The translations under genes were made by a program, and so were the position numbers. Of a stretch of DNA of 64,000 bases, positions 1-13,221 are shown piece by piece. Position 1 is the stretch's first letter. Each line of letters starts with the position of its first letter. The stretch is from Macrostomum lignano (lineage: Eukaryota): NCBI GenBank assembly GCA_002269645.1, contig NIVC01002514.1, positions 62,001-126,000 on the forward strand. Reading direction: 5' to 3'. The notes beneath the pieces were generated by a model. The model ran no database searches. It was not told the DNA's origin and saw only the letters and a program-made list of their open reading frames with translations.

Positions 1-866
1 ATTCACTTTAGTAAAGATTCTAATCACTTTGTCAATTGCCAACTTGTCAACTTGGCTATCTAAAAGGGTATTATTCTGGCAGCCAAAGTGTATGCAACAG
101 GCAGCACCAGTGCAGCCACACTGAAAACCCCCCCAACCTCTGTCTAGCTGAGGTGGGGTAGGTGCATACTAACCAAAAATTGTGTAATTTAGAATCTCTG
201 AGTTAGCAACTAGAAATTATAGCATCTATTTTTTATCCATGCAAAGTTCATAGCACTTGTCCTAGATTGTATAATTAAGTAGCTTTTTAATTCTAGTTGA
301 AATTGCCACTGGCATAGGATATTCTTGTTTGCTTGAAACAATGAAAAATTTCAAATTTAATTTAATTTAGCAAATTTATAAGGTGCAACTTGAAGGATTG
401 GAAAGCCTCTAGCTAAAAGTTAAAGCTAATATCAATATGATACTTGTACTAGGATTTTTGTAGGCTGTCAATGACCTTGTAAAGCCCTAGAAATAAAATT
501 AAATAGCTTTTATAAATCAGTCTAAAAACCAGAGTCATGACTAACAAAACAAAATTTATGCTGACTGGTTCAAGTTATATTCTACAAAATTATTATTATT
601 ACTTAAATAGTTGTATATTTATGTATCACTTTGTAACAGTTGTAAAAAATCATGAAACTAGTTTTTGTTAAATCTCTGCTACACCCAACTTCAAGGCAAT
701 AAAAATAAAACCCGAAAAATGGCCAGAAATAACCCAGTAAAAATTGGGCAAAGAACCTTTGCTTCCAGGTGCTTATCTTATTTGCAGTTGTAATTATAAT
801 AGAACAGTAATTACCAAACATGATTTTGAACTTATAATTGTGTAATATAATCCTAATTAATCCCAG

Positions 867-2386
867 GAAAGGGAGGCAAGAATCGCCGGCGAGGTAAGAA
901 TGAAAACGAGTCAATGAAGCGCGAACTGGTGTACAAGGAGGATGGTCAGGAGTATGGCAAAGTTGAGAAGATGCTCGGCAACGGCCGCTTAGAGGCCTAT
1001 TGTTTCGATGGCGTGAAACGGCTGTGTCATATTCGCGGCAAACTGCGCAAGAAGGTATGGATTAATCAGGGCGATATTATCTTGGTGGGCCTGCGCGATT
1101 ATCAGGACACCAAGGCCGATGTTATCATGAAGTACAACCCTGACGAGGTCCGGAATCTGAAGACCTACGGAGAGATCCCCGAGTCTGGTAAGTTGCTTAA
1201 ATTTGTCACAATCAGTGCCACATCAATGCCATGGTGCCGTAATGTCTCCGCTTTCAGTGTCACAATCTGTCACTTTCAGTTCCAAAATCTGTCACTTTCA
1301 GTGTCACAATCTGTCACTTTCAGTGTCACAATCTGTCACTTTCAGTGTCACAATCTGTCACTTTCAGTGCCACAATCTGTCACTTTCAGTGTCACAATCT
1401 GTCACTTTCACAATCAGTGCCACAATCTGTCACTTTCAGTGTCACAATCTGTCACTTTCACAATCAGTGCCACAATCTGTCACTTTCAGTGTCACAATCT
1501 GTCACTTTCACAATCAGTGCCACAATCTGTCACTTTAATTTCACAATCAGTGGCACAATCTGTCACTTTACTTTCACAATCAGTGCCACAATCTTTCACT
1601 TTACTTTCACAATCAGTGCCACAATCTGTCACTTTCACAATCAGTGTCACAATCTGTCACTTTCACAATCAGTGCCACAATCTGTCACTTTCACAATCAG
1701 TGTCACAATCTGTCACTTTCAAATTCAGTGTCACAATCTGTCACTTTCACAATCAGTGCCACAATCTGTCACTTTCACAATCAGTGTCACAATCTGTCAC
1801 TTTCACAATCAGTGCCACAATCTGTCACTTTCACAATCAGTGCCACAATCTGTCACTTTCACAATCAGTGCCACAATCTGTCACTTTCACAATCAGTGCC
1901 ACAATCTGTCACTTTCACATTCAGTGCCACAATCTGTCACTTTCACAATCAGTGCCACAATCTGTCACTTTCACAATCAGTGCCACAATCTGTCACTTTC
2001 ACAATCGGTGTCACAATATGTCACTTTCACATTCAGTGTCACAATCTGTCACTTTCACATTCAGTGCCACAATCTTTCACTTTCACAATCAGTGTCACAA
2101 TCTGTCAAAGAACTACAATAAAACTTGGTGGCCTTCTCAGCCAGACAGGCTTTATTATTATTGCTTTGTTCTACATTTACTAAAATTTCCATAGCTTTCT
2201 ACTATCAGTAGACTGGCGCTCATCAATTCCAATTAAACCTCCCATCCTGCGCCAGTGAAAATCGAGGAGGACGCGGACATTGCATTCGATCACACTGCCG
2301 TCTTCCCTGACGACGCCGGCGACTCAGCAGAATCGGACAGTGAAACTGACAAATCCGATAGCGAAGAGGACATTGACGACATTTGA
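867..2386 (+). CDS. EIF1A: Eukaryotic translation initiation factor 1A (5'-partial; first short exon not located in window)
   Basis: Exon 867-1187 follows cccag and reads [31 protein letters not shown]...MLGNGRL...[12 protein letters not shown]...[12 protein letters not shown]...YGEIPES, typical eIF1A. Donor g|gtaag at 1188. Exon 2256-2386 (gccag|) gives the acidic tail [12 protein letters not shown]...EEDIDDI*. Phases match (1/1). Confidence 0.96.
1203..2106. repeat. Intronic minisatellite, 22/28-bp units (tcacaatcagtgccacaatctgtcactt)
   Basis: Direct tandem repeats filling the eIF1A intron. Confidence 0.95.
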
Positions 2387-3143
2387 AAGTAACAGCCGAA
2401 GTCAACGTTTAAGGCTTGTTTAAGCTTGTCGCGCGGAATTCTGAATCCACATTTTGCAGTGCGGCTTTGAGCGTCTGTCCTCTGTGGAGAACTTGTTGTT
2501 CTGTTCTTGCTGCTTAAATTAAATATTATTATTATAAATATTACAGACTCTAAAGGTAAAAGTTTAGATTTGAAGGACGTATTCTATCTACTTACTGATA
2601 GTAGGGCAATGAGGATGAGTAGTGTATAATTTACTACTGAAATCTGCATTGTATATATAGTGCAGTGAAGCGAAATTTTTATTCCGATTCAGCTTTCCTG
2701 ATATGAGAGACAGTCTAGAAGTGCGCTTGTACCAACAAAGGGTTTAAACAGGTATTATTACTAGCTGTTATAAGCAGTGCATTGCGTCTGAATATTTTCT
2801 GTTTTTTTGCCACTAACTGTAATTTAAATGCGAGCATAAATAAAATATACAGAAACGGAAACGAAAAGGCCGAAATGAGTGAAATAAAAAAATTTGCGAT
2901 TCTCTGCGTAGCTCTGTGTAGTGCGCGATGAAATTCCAGTTTGTTGTTGCTGTTTTTTGTTCATTTAGCACAGGGGTCGCCAAACTTGTCCTTTCCCTCA
3001 TCTCTTCTCTCTTCGCTCTCCCCGATCTGTTTTCTTCTCTCACATCCCAACTCTCGCATCTCGCAAACAATTTTTGCAGTCGCAGAACTGCAAAAATGAC
3101 CTGCGGTAGAGGGTAGCATTTTTTACTGTTGTTGAGTGCAAAT

Positions 3144-3650
3144 GCTGGGCCAGCCTCCCAGATCCTCAGTTGCTGGGCCAGCCTCCCAGATCCTCAGTTG
3201 CTGGGCCAGCCTCCCAGATCCTCAGTTGCTGAGCCAGCCTCCCAGATCCTCAGTTGCTGGGCCAGCCTCCCAGATCCTCAGTTGCTGGGCCAGCCTCCCA
3301 GATCCTCAGTTGCTGGGCCAGCCTCCCAGATCCTCAGTTGCTGGGCCAGCCTCCCAGATCCTCAGTTGCTGGGCCAGCCTCCCAGATCCTCAGTTGCTGG
3401 GCCAGCCTCCCAGATCATCAGTTGCTGGGCCAGCCTCCCAGATCATCAGTTGCTGGGCCAGCCTCCCAGATCCTCAGTTGCCGGGCCAGCCTCCCAGATC
3501 ATCAGTTGCTGGGCCAGCCTCCCAGATCCTCAGTTGCTGGGCCAGCCTCCCAGATCCTCAGTTGCTGGGCCAGCCTCTCAGATCCTCAGTTGCTGGGCCA
3601 GCCTCTCAGATCCTCAGTTGCTGGGCCATATCCCCAGTTGCTGGGCCTCC
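3144..3650 (+). repeat. 28-bp minisatellite (gctgggccagcctcccagatcctcagtt)
   Basis: About 18 tandem units; the same family occurs inverted at 56630-56985. Confidence 0.95.
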
Positions 3651-3900
3651 AAGATCAACAGAAAAAATTGAATGCTAGCATTTCCATAGATTTAATTATA
3701 CATTTTAGCATGTATATGAAGTGTTTTTATTTCTCGAAGAGTCCGCTCATTAATTCAAATATAATAGCGGCCCACAAAGGGCAACTTAAAGCCCAGAACC
3801 GATTCCTTGACGAGTTTCACTTCGTGTTGTGTCATTTCAAATCATCAATTGCTTTGGATAGTCATCTCTTCGATTTTTCGGATGCGATCGCGCGCACGCT

Positions 3901-6900
3901 CTACAGGCAGCCTTCGATGGCCTCCAGCATGGCTGAAATGACGGGTGTTGGATTTGAAAATTTTTTCAGGGCTCTTCCTACAGCGGGCCTCCTATCCGCT
4001 AACACGCTCCTATTGTCTACAGGCATCGAATGGAGCATATTACATGTACATGTAGATAGGTGTCCAATTGGGTCAAATTATAGGTATCAGATGGGTCAAA
4101 TTAGATGTCACATGAGGCAAATTAGGTGTCAGATGTGTCAAATTAGGTGTCGGATGGGGAAAATTAGGTATCATCAGATAGGTCTAATTAGGTATCAGAT
4201 AGGTCAAATTAGGTGTCGGATGGGTCAAATTAGGTGTCGGATGGGTTGCAAATTAGGGTGTCGGATGGGTCAAATTAGGTGTCGGATGGGTTGCAAATTA
4301 GGTGTCGGATGGGTCAAATTAGGTGTCGGATGGGTTGCAAATTAGGGTGTCGGATGGGTCAAATTATGTGTCGATAACTGCATTATCAAGACTGCCGACT
4401 GACCATCCAGTCCAGCCGGTTGGTACTGGCGCCGCCTCAGCTCTTCAATCCGCTGTTTTCCTGACTCATCGTCCTTGGCCAGCCGGGCTGCAATGGTCTC
4501 AGCCGCTTTGCGGCACAGCACCTGGTCTAGGAGGGGTTTGCCACCGTCCTCCTCTGCTGACGATGTCGACTTGTCGCCGTCTTGGTCATCAGTGTCTGGC
4601 AGTCGGCTCACCCGCGGCTCGCCCAGCGATGGAGCTTCGTCGTTGACATTGTCGTTCGAGGAAGAAGTCGAGTCTTCGCCTTTGCCTTTGGCGTTAGGGA
4701 ATTCTACGTTGAAGCGAACCTGGAGACGTGTACATAGGGATGGGTGTGATGGGAGATGGGATGATGGAAGATGGGGTGATGGGAGATGGGGTGATGGGAG
4801 ATGGGGTGATGGGAGATGGGGTGATGGGAGATGGGGTGATGAGAGATGGGGTGATGGGAGATGGGGTGATGGGAGATGGGGTTATGGGAGATGGGGTGAT
4901 GGGAGATGAAGTGATGGGAGATGGGGTGGTGGGAGATGGGGTGATGGGAGATGAGGTGAATGGGGCGACGGGCGATAGAGTGGTGGGATTTGGGTGTTAG
5001 TAAAAATCGGATTCTCGATTGTGGCAGAGCAATCAGATTGATAGAAAACGTAGCAGATAAAGGATCAAGGATATAATATTCGAATTCTCACCTTCCGTCC
5101 CTCGAGCTCCAACATCCGGTCGAGCACTGCATCCAGGTATTCCCTGATCGGTCCCCCAGAACCCAGTTTCTCGCCGTATGCCTTCAACCGATCAGTGAGG
5201 CTGTCAGTGTCTTTCGATTTTCCTTCGCTCTCAGATAGAAAACTGTTTAACTCTTTTAGGGCATCGGTAATGAGCTGTGCGGCTTTACTGTTGGAATAAT
5301 CGAACTCGGCCTCATCATGTTGACCTGTGAGGGTTGGCAGGACCAGCTCTTTTGCTGGGCCTTTCAACAGACGGGCAGCCAGTCTGAGTGCGGAATTTTG
5401 ATTCAGCTTTCGCTTGCTCAGCTCGGCCAGTATGCGGGACAGAGTGTCCAGGTCTGCCAGCTGCTCCCTGATGTACATCTCAATGGGAGCGGAGGCCTCT
5501 GTTAGAACTGCCTGCACGTGCTCCAGGTACTCCTGCGGCGAATCGGGTGTTTAAGGAAAAATATTTTGGAAGGGCATTTGAGGAGCAACTTGAAGATGAA
5601 TTTTAGAGCTAGCAATCTAATGCCCCCCCCCCTTTCGGGGCGCCCAATATGCAAAAATTATTCACGCAAATCCATTTAAAAGCACATTTTCTTAAGAACC
5701 GATGCCTTCTTCACTTTTATAAATCATCTTATTCGAGTAAAATTGTCATGGACAAAGATGTTTGCTATGAATCTCTTTTTTATAAAAGTCACAGAAGTAC
5801 ACAATAAAATTAGCCTTCACAAAAATAGAAGGCATTCCCCCAGATAGCAAGCATCCCCCAGATAGCAAGCATCCATCCAGATAGCAAGCATCCATCCAGA
5901 TAGCAAGCATCCCCCAGACAGAAAGCATCCCCCAGACAGCAAGCATCCCCCAGACAGCAAGCATCCCCCAGACAGCAAGCATCCACCCAGATAGCAAGCA
6001 TTCATCCAAATAGCAAGCATCCCCCAGATAGCAAGCATCCACCCAGATAGCAAGCATTCATCCAAATAGCAAGCATCCCCCAGATAGCAAGCATTCATCC
6101 AAATAGCAAGCATCCCCCAGATAGCAAGCATCCACCCAGATAGCAAGCATTCATCCAAATAGCAAGCATCCACCCAGATAGCAAGCATTCATCCAGATAG
6201 CAAGCATCATCCAGGTAGCAAACATCATCTAGATAGCAAGCATCACCCAGACAGCAAGCATCCCCCAGACAGCAAGCATCCACCCAGATAGCAAGCATTC
6301 ATCCAAATAGCAAGCATCCCCCAGATAGCAAGCATCCACCCAGATAGCAAGCATTCATCCAAATAGCAAGCATCCACCCAGATAGCAAGCATTCATCCAG
6401 ATAGCAAGCATCATCCAGGTAGCAAACATCATCTAGATAGCAAGCATCCACCCAGATAGCAAGCATCATCCAGATAGCAAGCATCATCTAGATAGCAAGC
6501 ATCCACCCAGATAGCAAGCATCCATCCAGATAGCAAGCATCCACCAAGATAGCAAGCATCATCCAGATAGCAAGCATCCACCAAGATAGCAAGCATCCAC
6601 CAAGATAGCAAGCATCATCCAGATAGCAAGCATCCACCAAGATAGCAAGCATCCACCCAGATAGCAAGCATCCACCAAGATAGCAAGCATCATCCAGATA
6701 GCAAGCATCCACCAAGATAGCAAGCATCCCTGGATAGAAAGAATCCGTAGATAGCTAGCAACCCCCTCTCAGATAGCAAGTACCTTCCACCCCCCCCAAC
6801 AGCAATCATCCCCCAGATGGCAAGCATACCCCAGCTAAGCATCCCCCAGACAGCAAGTAGCTAGGGCAAAAATTGCAGGTTGCATCTAGTCCAGTCTGTT

Positions 6901-9117
6901 CGCATCTAAGCCATCTCTTGTCTATTGGAGAACATGAATTGTGGCCCTTATAAATCAACTCCTACACCATGTCGGTTAGAGTAAAAATTATGACATAATC
7001 AATTTCTCAGTCAGCCTCAATCAGTCTCAATTCACGGGAAAATTTCTGATCGAATGATGCAAATTTGAAGAAAAACTGTTTAGCCAATTTTTCTGAAATC
7101 GATCGCATACCTACCCACATACATACCGACAACTCTTGGATTGGAAAGGCGTTTTACAGTTTATTGGAAGACAATCAGAGAGCGCATCAGGGGAATCAGA
7201 GGAGACAATCGGAGGGAATCAGAGGAGACAATCGGAGGGAATCAGAGGAGACAATCGGAGGGAATCAGATGAGACAATCGCAGGGAATCAGAGGAGACAA
7301 TCGGAGGGAATCAGAGGAGACAATCGCAGGGAATCAGAGGAGACAATCGCAGGGAATCAGAGGAGACAATCGGAGAGAATCAGAGGAGACAATCGGAGGG
7401 AATCAGAGGAGACAATCGGAGGGAATCAGAGGAGACAATCGCAGGGAATCAGAGAAGACAATCGGAGGGAATCAGAGGAGACAATCGGAGGGAATCAGAG
7501 GAGACAATCGGAGGGAATCAGAGGAGACAATCGGAGGGAATCAGAGGAGACAATCGCAGGGAATCAGAGGAGACAATCGCAGGGAATCAGAGGAGACAAT
7601 CGCAGGGAATCAGAGGAGACAATCGGAGGGAATCAGAGGAGACAATCGGAGGGAATCAGAGGAGACAATCGGAGGGAATCAGAGGAGACAATCGCAGGGA
7701 ATCAGAGAAGACAATCGGAGGGAATCGGAGGAGACAATCGGAGGGAATCAGAGGAGACAATCGGAGGGAATCAGAGGAGACAATCGGAGGGAATCAGAGG
7801 AGACAATCGGAGGGAATCAGAGGAGACAATCGGAGGGAATCAGAGGAGACAATCGCAGGGAATCAGAGGAGACAATCGCAGGGAATCAGAGGAGACAATC
7901 GGAGGGAATCAGAGGAGACAATCGCAGGGAATCAGAGGAGACAATCGAAAGGAATCAGAGGAGACAATCGGAGGGAATCAGAGGAGACAATCGCAGGGAA
8001 TCAGAGGAGACAATCGAAAGGAATCAGAGGAGACAATCGGAGGGAATCAGAGGAGACAATCGGAGGGAATCAGAGGAGACAATCGCAGGGAATCAGAGGA
8101 GACAATCGGAGGGAATCAGAGAAGACAATCGGAGGGAATCAGAGGAGACAATCGGAGGGAATCAGAGGAGACAATCGGAGGGAATCAGAGGAGACAATCG
8201 CAGGGAATCAGAGGAGACAATCGGAGGGAATCAGAGGAGACAATCGGAGGGAATCAGAGAAGACAATCGGAGGGAATCAGAGGAGACAATCCGAGGGAAT
8301 CAGAGGAGACAATCGGAGGGAATCAGAGAAGACAATCGCAGGGAATCAGAGGAGACAATCGGAGGGAATCAGAGGAGACAATCGGAGAGAATCAGAGGAG
8401 ACAATCGGAGGGAATCAGAGGAGACAATCGGAGAGAATCAGAGAAGACAATCGGAGGGAATCAGAGGAGACAATCGGAGGGAATCAGAGGAGACAATCGC
8501 AGGGAATCAGAGGAGACAATCGGAGGGAATCAGAGGAGACAATCGGAGAGAATCAGAGGAGACAATCGGAGGGAATCAGAGGAGACAATCGGAGGGAATC
8601 AGAGAAGACAATCGGAGGGAATCAGAGGAGACAATCGGAGGGAATCAGAGGAGACAATCGGAGAGAATCAGAGGAGACAATCGGAGGGAATCAGAGGAGA
8701 CAATCGGAGAGAATCAGAGGAGACAATCGGAGGGAATCAGACGAGGGAATTGGTTGAAGATGTTCACTTGCAATTAACGAGTGAATTGGTGAGAGAGTGG
8801 TCAGAGTGGATGCATGCATGCAGATGAATATTCTTTAAACCACAAGCGGCAGTGGCAGTGCTCCGATTCACCTGGGCAGCCTCCGCATAGCCATCTTGAC
8901 TGGTGCCGCCAGCTCCGAGCCCGTCGCCGCTTCTCAGCGCGCTGGCGATGGCGTCTCTGATGACATTGGCGTCCAGCTTGAACCCCGCGTCCTCGGCTGC
9001 ACCGCCGCTGCCGTCAGCTGCCGCGTCTAATGAACAATAACAACAGTTCCGGTGTCCGAGGAGAGCTACTGTTAGTAGCATTGGAAACAGATTTGCCGAC
9101 AATTTTATCCAGTACAT
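3901..9117 (-). CDS. Hypothetical secreted protein, ~344 aa, 4 exons
   Basis: Exons 9117-8872, 5532-5092, 4719-4404, 3932-3901 with GT-AG sites and consistent phases (0,0,1). N-terminus MYWIKLSANLFPMLLTVALLGHRNCCYCSL is signal-peptide-like. No family recognised. Confidence 0.7.
4070..4370. repeat. Intronic 21-bp minisatellite (caaattaggtgtcggatgggt)
   Basis: Tandem units inside intron 3933-4403. Confidence 0.9.
4740..4960. repeat. Intronic 15-bp minisatellite (gggagatggggtgat)
   Basis: Tandem units inside intron 4720-5091. Confidence 0.92.
5830..6860. repeat. Intronic ~19-21-bp minisatellite (cagatagcaagcatcc...)
   Basis: Tandem variable units inside intron 5533-8871. Confidence 0.93.
7170..8745. 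repeat. Intronic 23-bp minisatellite (gagacaatcggagggaatcagag)
   Basis: About 68 tandem units; source of the spurious 570/563-aa ORFs. Confidence 0.95.
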
Positions 9118-9194
9118 GTTGATTCCAGATTTGCTGATGCAGCTGCGTTCCGATGGGTAAAAATAGCGACAGTACGATTGATTGACAATACGAA

Positions 9195-9440
9195 GACAGA
9201 CAGACAGACAGACACTAAGACAGACACTAAGACAGACAGACACTAAGACAGACAGACACTAAGACAGACAGACACTAACGCAGACAGACACTAACGCAGA
9301 CAGACACTAAGACAGACAGACACTAAGACAGACAGACACTAAGACAGACAGAAACTAACACAGACAGACACTAACACAGACAGACACTAACACAGACAGA
9401 CACTAAGACAGACAGACACTAACACAGAAAGACAAATAAA
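9195..9440. repeat. (AGAC)-based 16-bp repeat (agacagacagacacta)
   Basis: Tandem units just upstream of the ATG at 9117. Confidence 0.9.
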
Positions 9441-10104
9441 AAAGACAAACTACGGAAGACACTTTCACGCCATGACAAAGCCGTACTACGAGTACGTCAG
9501 TTTCAAGAGATCAGTCAGTCAAAGAAACATACACACCTATAGTCAGGAGTCTGCACGGCTGACATAGAACTTACGGTTAATTACGTTTTTTAGCGCCTGA
9601 CAGATGACAACTCCAGCTGCAGTCCTAACACAGTCAACTACAATACATGTACACTGGCAAGGTCCTCAGTAGTTATGGCCTGATCGTGTGTGTGAGGCCA
9701 GCACTGTCCACTGCTGCAGAACACGCGTGATATATTTAACGTTCAGACCCACAGTATACTCCAAATCCACGTGTAGCCTGTAAAAACATACAGGTGACGA
9801 TGTTCCCACAGCTCCAAGTCGTATTTTTAATATAGGCTTTGTGAGGTTTAAAAATTTCACAAAATGTTAGCTATTCTTGGAGCTTATTAGACTAATTTAC
9901 AGCCGGAGTCATAATAATGGTTGCTTTAACAATAAAATGGCCGATCGCCTACGTACCGAGCTTCTTTCAGGTGCAACTCCGGATCTATATGCTTGAGTTG
10001 GGTACTTTTACTTTTACACTGCAACGTTAAGCCGACTTTGACTGGTAAAATTTGTCATCTTCAAGCCAATGCACTTTTCACCGTTGTGTAAGCCGCATCT
10101 CAGA

Positions 10105-11070
10105 GTTGTTGTATCTGTGAGCTGGTGTGCTGTATCTGTGAGCTGGTGTGCTGCATCTGTGAGCTGGTGTGCTGTATCTGTGAGCTGGTGTGCTGTATCT
10201 GTGAGCTGGTGTGCTGTATCTGTGAGCTGGTGTGCTGTATCTGTGAGCTGGTGTGCTGTATCTGTGAGCTGGTGTGCTGCATCTGTGAGCTGGTGTGCTG
10301 TATCTGTGAGCTGGTGTGCTGTATCTGTGAGCTGGTGTGCTGTATCTGTGAGCTGGTGTGCTGTATCTGTGAGCTGGTGTGCTGTATCTGTGAGCTGGTG
10401 TGCTGTATCTGTGAGCTGGTGTGCTGTATCTGTGAGCTGGTGTACTGTATCTGTGAGCTGGTGTACTGTATCTGTGAGCTGGTGTGCTGTATCTGTGAGC
10501 TGGTGTGCTGTATCTGTGAGCTGGTGTACTGTATCTGTGAGCTGGTGTGCTGCATCTGTGAGCTGGTGTGCTGTATCTGTGAGCTGGTGTGCTGCATCTA
10601 TGAGCTGGTGTGCTGCATCTGTGAGCTGGTGTACTGTATCTGTGAGCTGGTGTGCTGCATCTGTGAGCTGGTGTGCTGTATCTGTGAGCTGGTGTGCTGC
10701 ATCTATGAGCTGGTGTGCTGCATCTATGAGCTGGTGTGCTGCATCTGTGAGCGAGTCATCTGGTGTGCTGTATCTGTGAGTGAGTCATCTGGTGTGCTGC
10801 ATCTGTGAGTGAGTCATCTGGTGTGCTGCATCTGTGAGTGAGTCATCTGGTGTGCTGCATCTGTGAGTGAGTCATCTGGTGTGCTGCATCTGTGAGTGAG
10901 TCATCTGGTGTGCTGCATCTGTGAGTGAGTCATCTGGTGTGCTGCATCTGTGAGTGAGTCATCTGGTGTGCTGCATCTGTGAGTGAGTCATCTGGTGTGC
11001 TGCATCTGTGAGCGAGTCATCTGGTGTGCTGCATCTGTGAGCGAGTCATCTGATGTGCTGCATCTGTGAG
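10105..11070. repeat. Minisatellite, 21-bp units (tgtatctgtgagctggtgtgc) switching to 29-bp derivative units near 10750
   Basis: Direct tandem repeats; the unit gains an insertion (gagtcatc) in the right third. Confidence 0.95.
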
Positions 11071-11604
11071 CGTCATTTTAGGTGTTTGCCAACCTGGGAC
11101 TGGGACGCTTGAATGATCGCGTTTGGTTTTTAACTCTACTGTACGTAAATTTCACTTGTGCATTGCAGGAACAGTTTGGAGCCGGTTTCTCCAGGCAGTT
11201 TCCCATGTTTAGTAATTCACAGAGGCTTCCTTCTTCATCAGTAGTCGCAGATCCAGCTTCCTGGGCTTAATTTTTGGCTTTAAAAGTCGCTCAAACGAAG
11301 CATCAATCATTTTCTCCATAAGTTATTATCAAGTCAAAGCTTTGAGACGTTAAAGACTTCTTTAAGAGTTGAGAGCTTCCTTCAAATTAGTTGCCAACGG
11401 TGATAATAACAAATCTTTCTGTCATCGTCAATCTTCAGTCTCAATAAAAGCATTTTTACCAAGCCACATTAATAATTTATTGGCTCAGTAATCGCCTTCA
11501 GGGCAGTAAAGGTCGATTTAATGCGCAGTTGGGATTTCCCATGTCAAATTGAACCCTAAATAGATCTTTCCTGAGACTGAGTCTGACAGGCAACATCACC
11601 AGCC

Positions 11605-13221
11605 ATGCTCCCCTTGCTGCTCTGCCTGAGTTTGACAGTCGCTGCCTCCGCCTCCAAGCTGACGTTCGAGAAGACCCGACGCTGCCCCACCGCGGCCGCC
11701 TCTCCGCTGCCGCACCGCCTGGCCAGCAAGCTGCAGTGCGCCGCCGCCTGCTCCCGACTGCCCACCTGCAACGCATTCCACTTCGACATCACCACCCGCC
11801 TGTGTTACCATGGAGACGCGTGTTCCCAACTCGAGCAATGGACTGACGGCGACTGCGACTCTTACAAGTACACCGATGTGCTGTGCGGAGACTGCGGTGA
11901 GCGGCTGCAGGCGGTGTGACTCGAATTAAACTGTTCTTCTGTCACACGCTAATCTGAGCACTCGCCAAAATTGCTTTTCAGATGAGGCAAAGCCTTTGCT
12001 TACTGAGCTCAAACTGAAGCTTTTCTACAAGTTCTCAAGGAGCGGTCTCAAGAATGAGGTCAACCCGAGACTGTTCTGCCTCAAGGCTCGAGCTGTGGGC
12101 ATTGACGAAGATGGTGCTCACTTTAAAGGCCACTCTGGCTCCTACCTGAGGACTGAGACTCCCGGATTCTGGAAGTTTTTTCAGTTCGGTGCCGAATACT
12201 CGGTCTTTGTCCGAGCCAGACACCAATTTGATAGCGGGTAAGAGCAACCCTAGGTCTTACTGCATCTCAAACAATGCATGCCTAAAATAGTACCTGACAT
12301 CAGGTTTAGTGCATAAACCTTGTTGATTTGATGAGTTAGGTGAGCATAAACCACGGGAAGGTCGAAAACCTCACTGATGGCTGCACGTTTACGTGTTGGC
12401 GCCTATTTAGCGCCACAAGCTACCTGTTGGCGCCTGTTTAGCGCCACAAGCTACCTGCTGGCGCCTATTTAGCGCGGCAAGCTACACTTTTTACCACGGA
12501 ACATGACCGCCTATTTTCACTAGGGATGGGGACAGTCCCCCTTGATGACCTCCCTTGGATGACTTCCCATTGCAGGGAAGCGATATCCTCAAGTGTTCCG
12601 GTTTTAGTTGGTGGAGGAGGACATGTAGGGGAGGGAAGTTTCCCCGTATGTCCCCCTTTTGTTCCTCTGTCCCCTGTAAGCAGATTTAGCTCGAAAATTT
12701 CACGTATAAGGTAGTCAAAATATGTGGATGTACTGTATTTACAACTGGGTGCAGTAATTAACCAAATATTCTCTATCAAATCTTGCAGGTACAAATACTA
12801 TCACAATTTTGATCAATGCGGCTCCATCTTTGGCAGCTCTTTCATTCAGAATGACGGATACATTTATAATGTGGTTAAAATGAACCGGTTGAGCGATAGT
12901 AGAGGCTCTGAAGCCTCTCGTCTCTTCTCCGCCGCACCATCCACTCTGCCAACGGACGGATTTTATGGACAACTGTCTGCTGGATTTGTCTTTAACGGGA
13001 CCGGACATCAAAACTATTACCTGAACGGCACTTTTACTTCTATCGCAAGGGTTGTCACAGACCCAATCGCCTATTCCCCAAGCGTGTTTGACTGCCTAAC
13101 CCTTGGACAGTCGACTGTTGATGCCAAATGTCTTAACGGCACCATGTACTGCTATGGATTGAGTACAAAAGCACTTAGCCTGAGCGAGTTTCTGCAACTG
13201 GAACAACTCTGCAACCAATGA
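11605..13221 (+). CDS. Secreted PAN/Apple-domain plus LamG/concanavalin-A-like domain protein, 326 aa, 3 exons
   Basis: Exons 11605-11896, 11982-12237, 12789-13221 (981 nt; phases 1,2). Signal peptide MLPLLLCLSLTVAASAS. PAN motif SKLQCAAACSRLPTCNAFHF...CY. C-terminal beta-rich region with AHFKGHSGSYL...YSVFVRA and terminal KALSLSEFLQL resembles LamG_3/pentraxin-like folds (weaker call). Confidence 0.78.

Noticed and set aside
914-2194. 426-aa ORF as an eIF1A with a long C-terminal extension
   Set aside because: The ORF reads through a canonical donor at 1188 into an intronic minisatellite; the true acidic C-terminus is in exon 2256-2386
2605-2705. C/D-box snoRNA downstream of eIF1A
   Set aside because: Only an imperfect C box (atgagga) and a common ctga; no terminal stem; likely 3' UTR
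7065-8827. 570/563-aa repetitive ORFs
   Set aside because: A 23-bp unit cycles through frames; antisense inside an intron; no unique coding flanks
3144-11070. CRISPR-like arrays
   Set aside because: Units are contiguous without unique spacers; eukaryotic context; no cas genes
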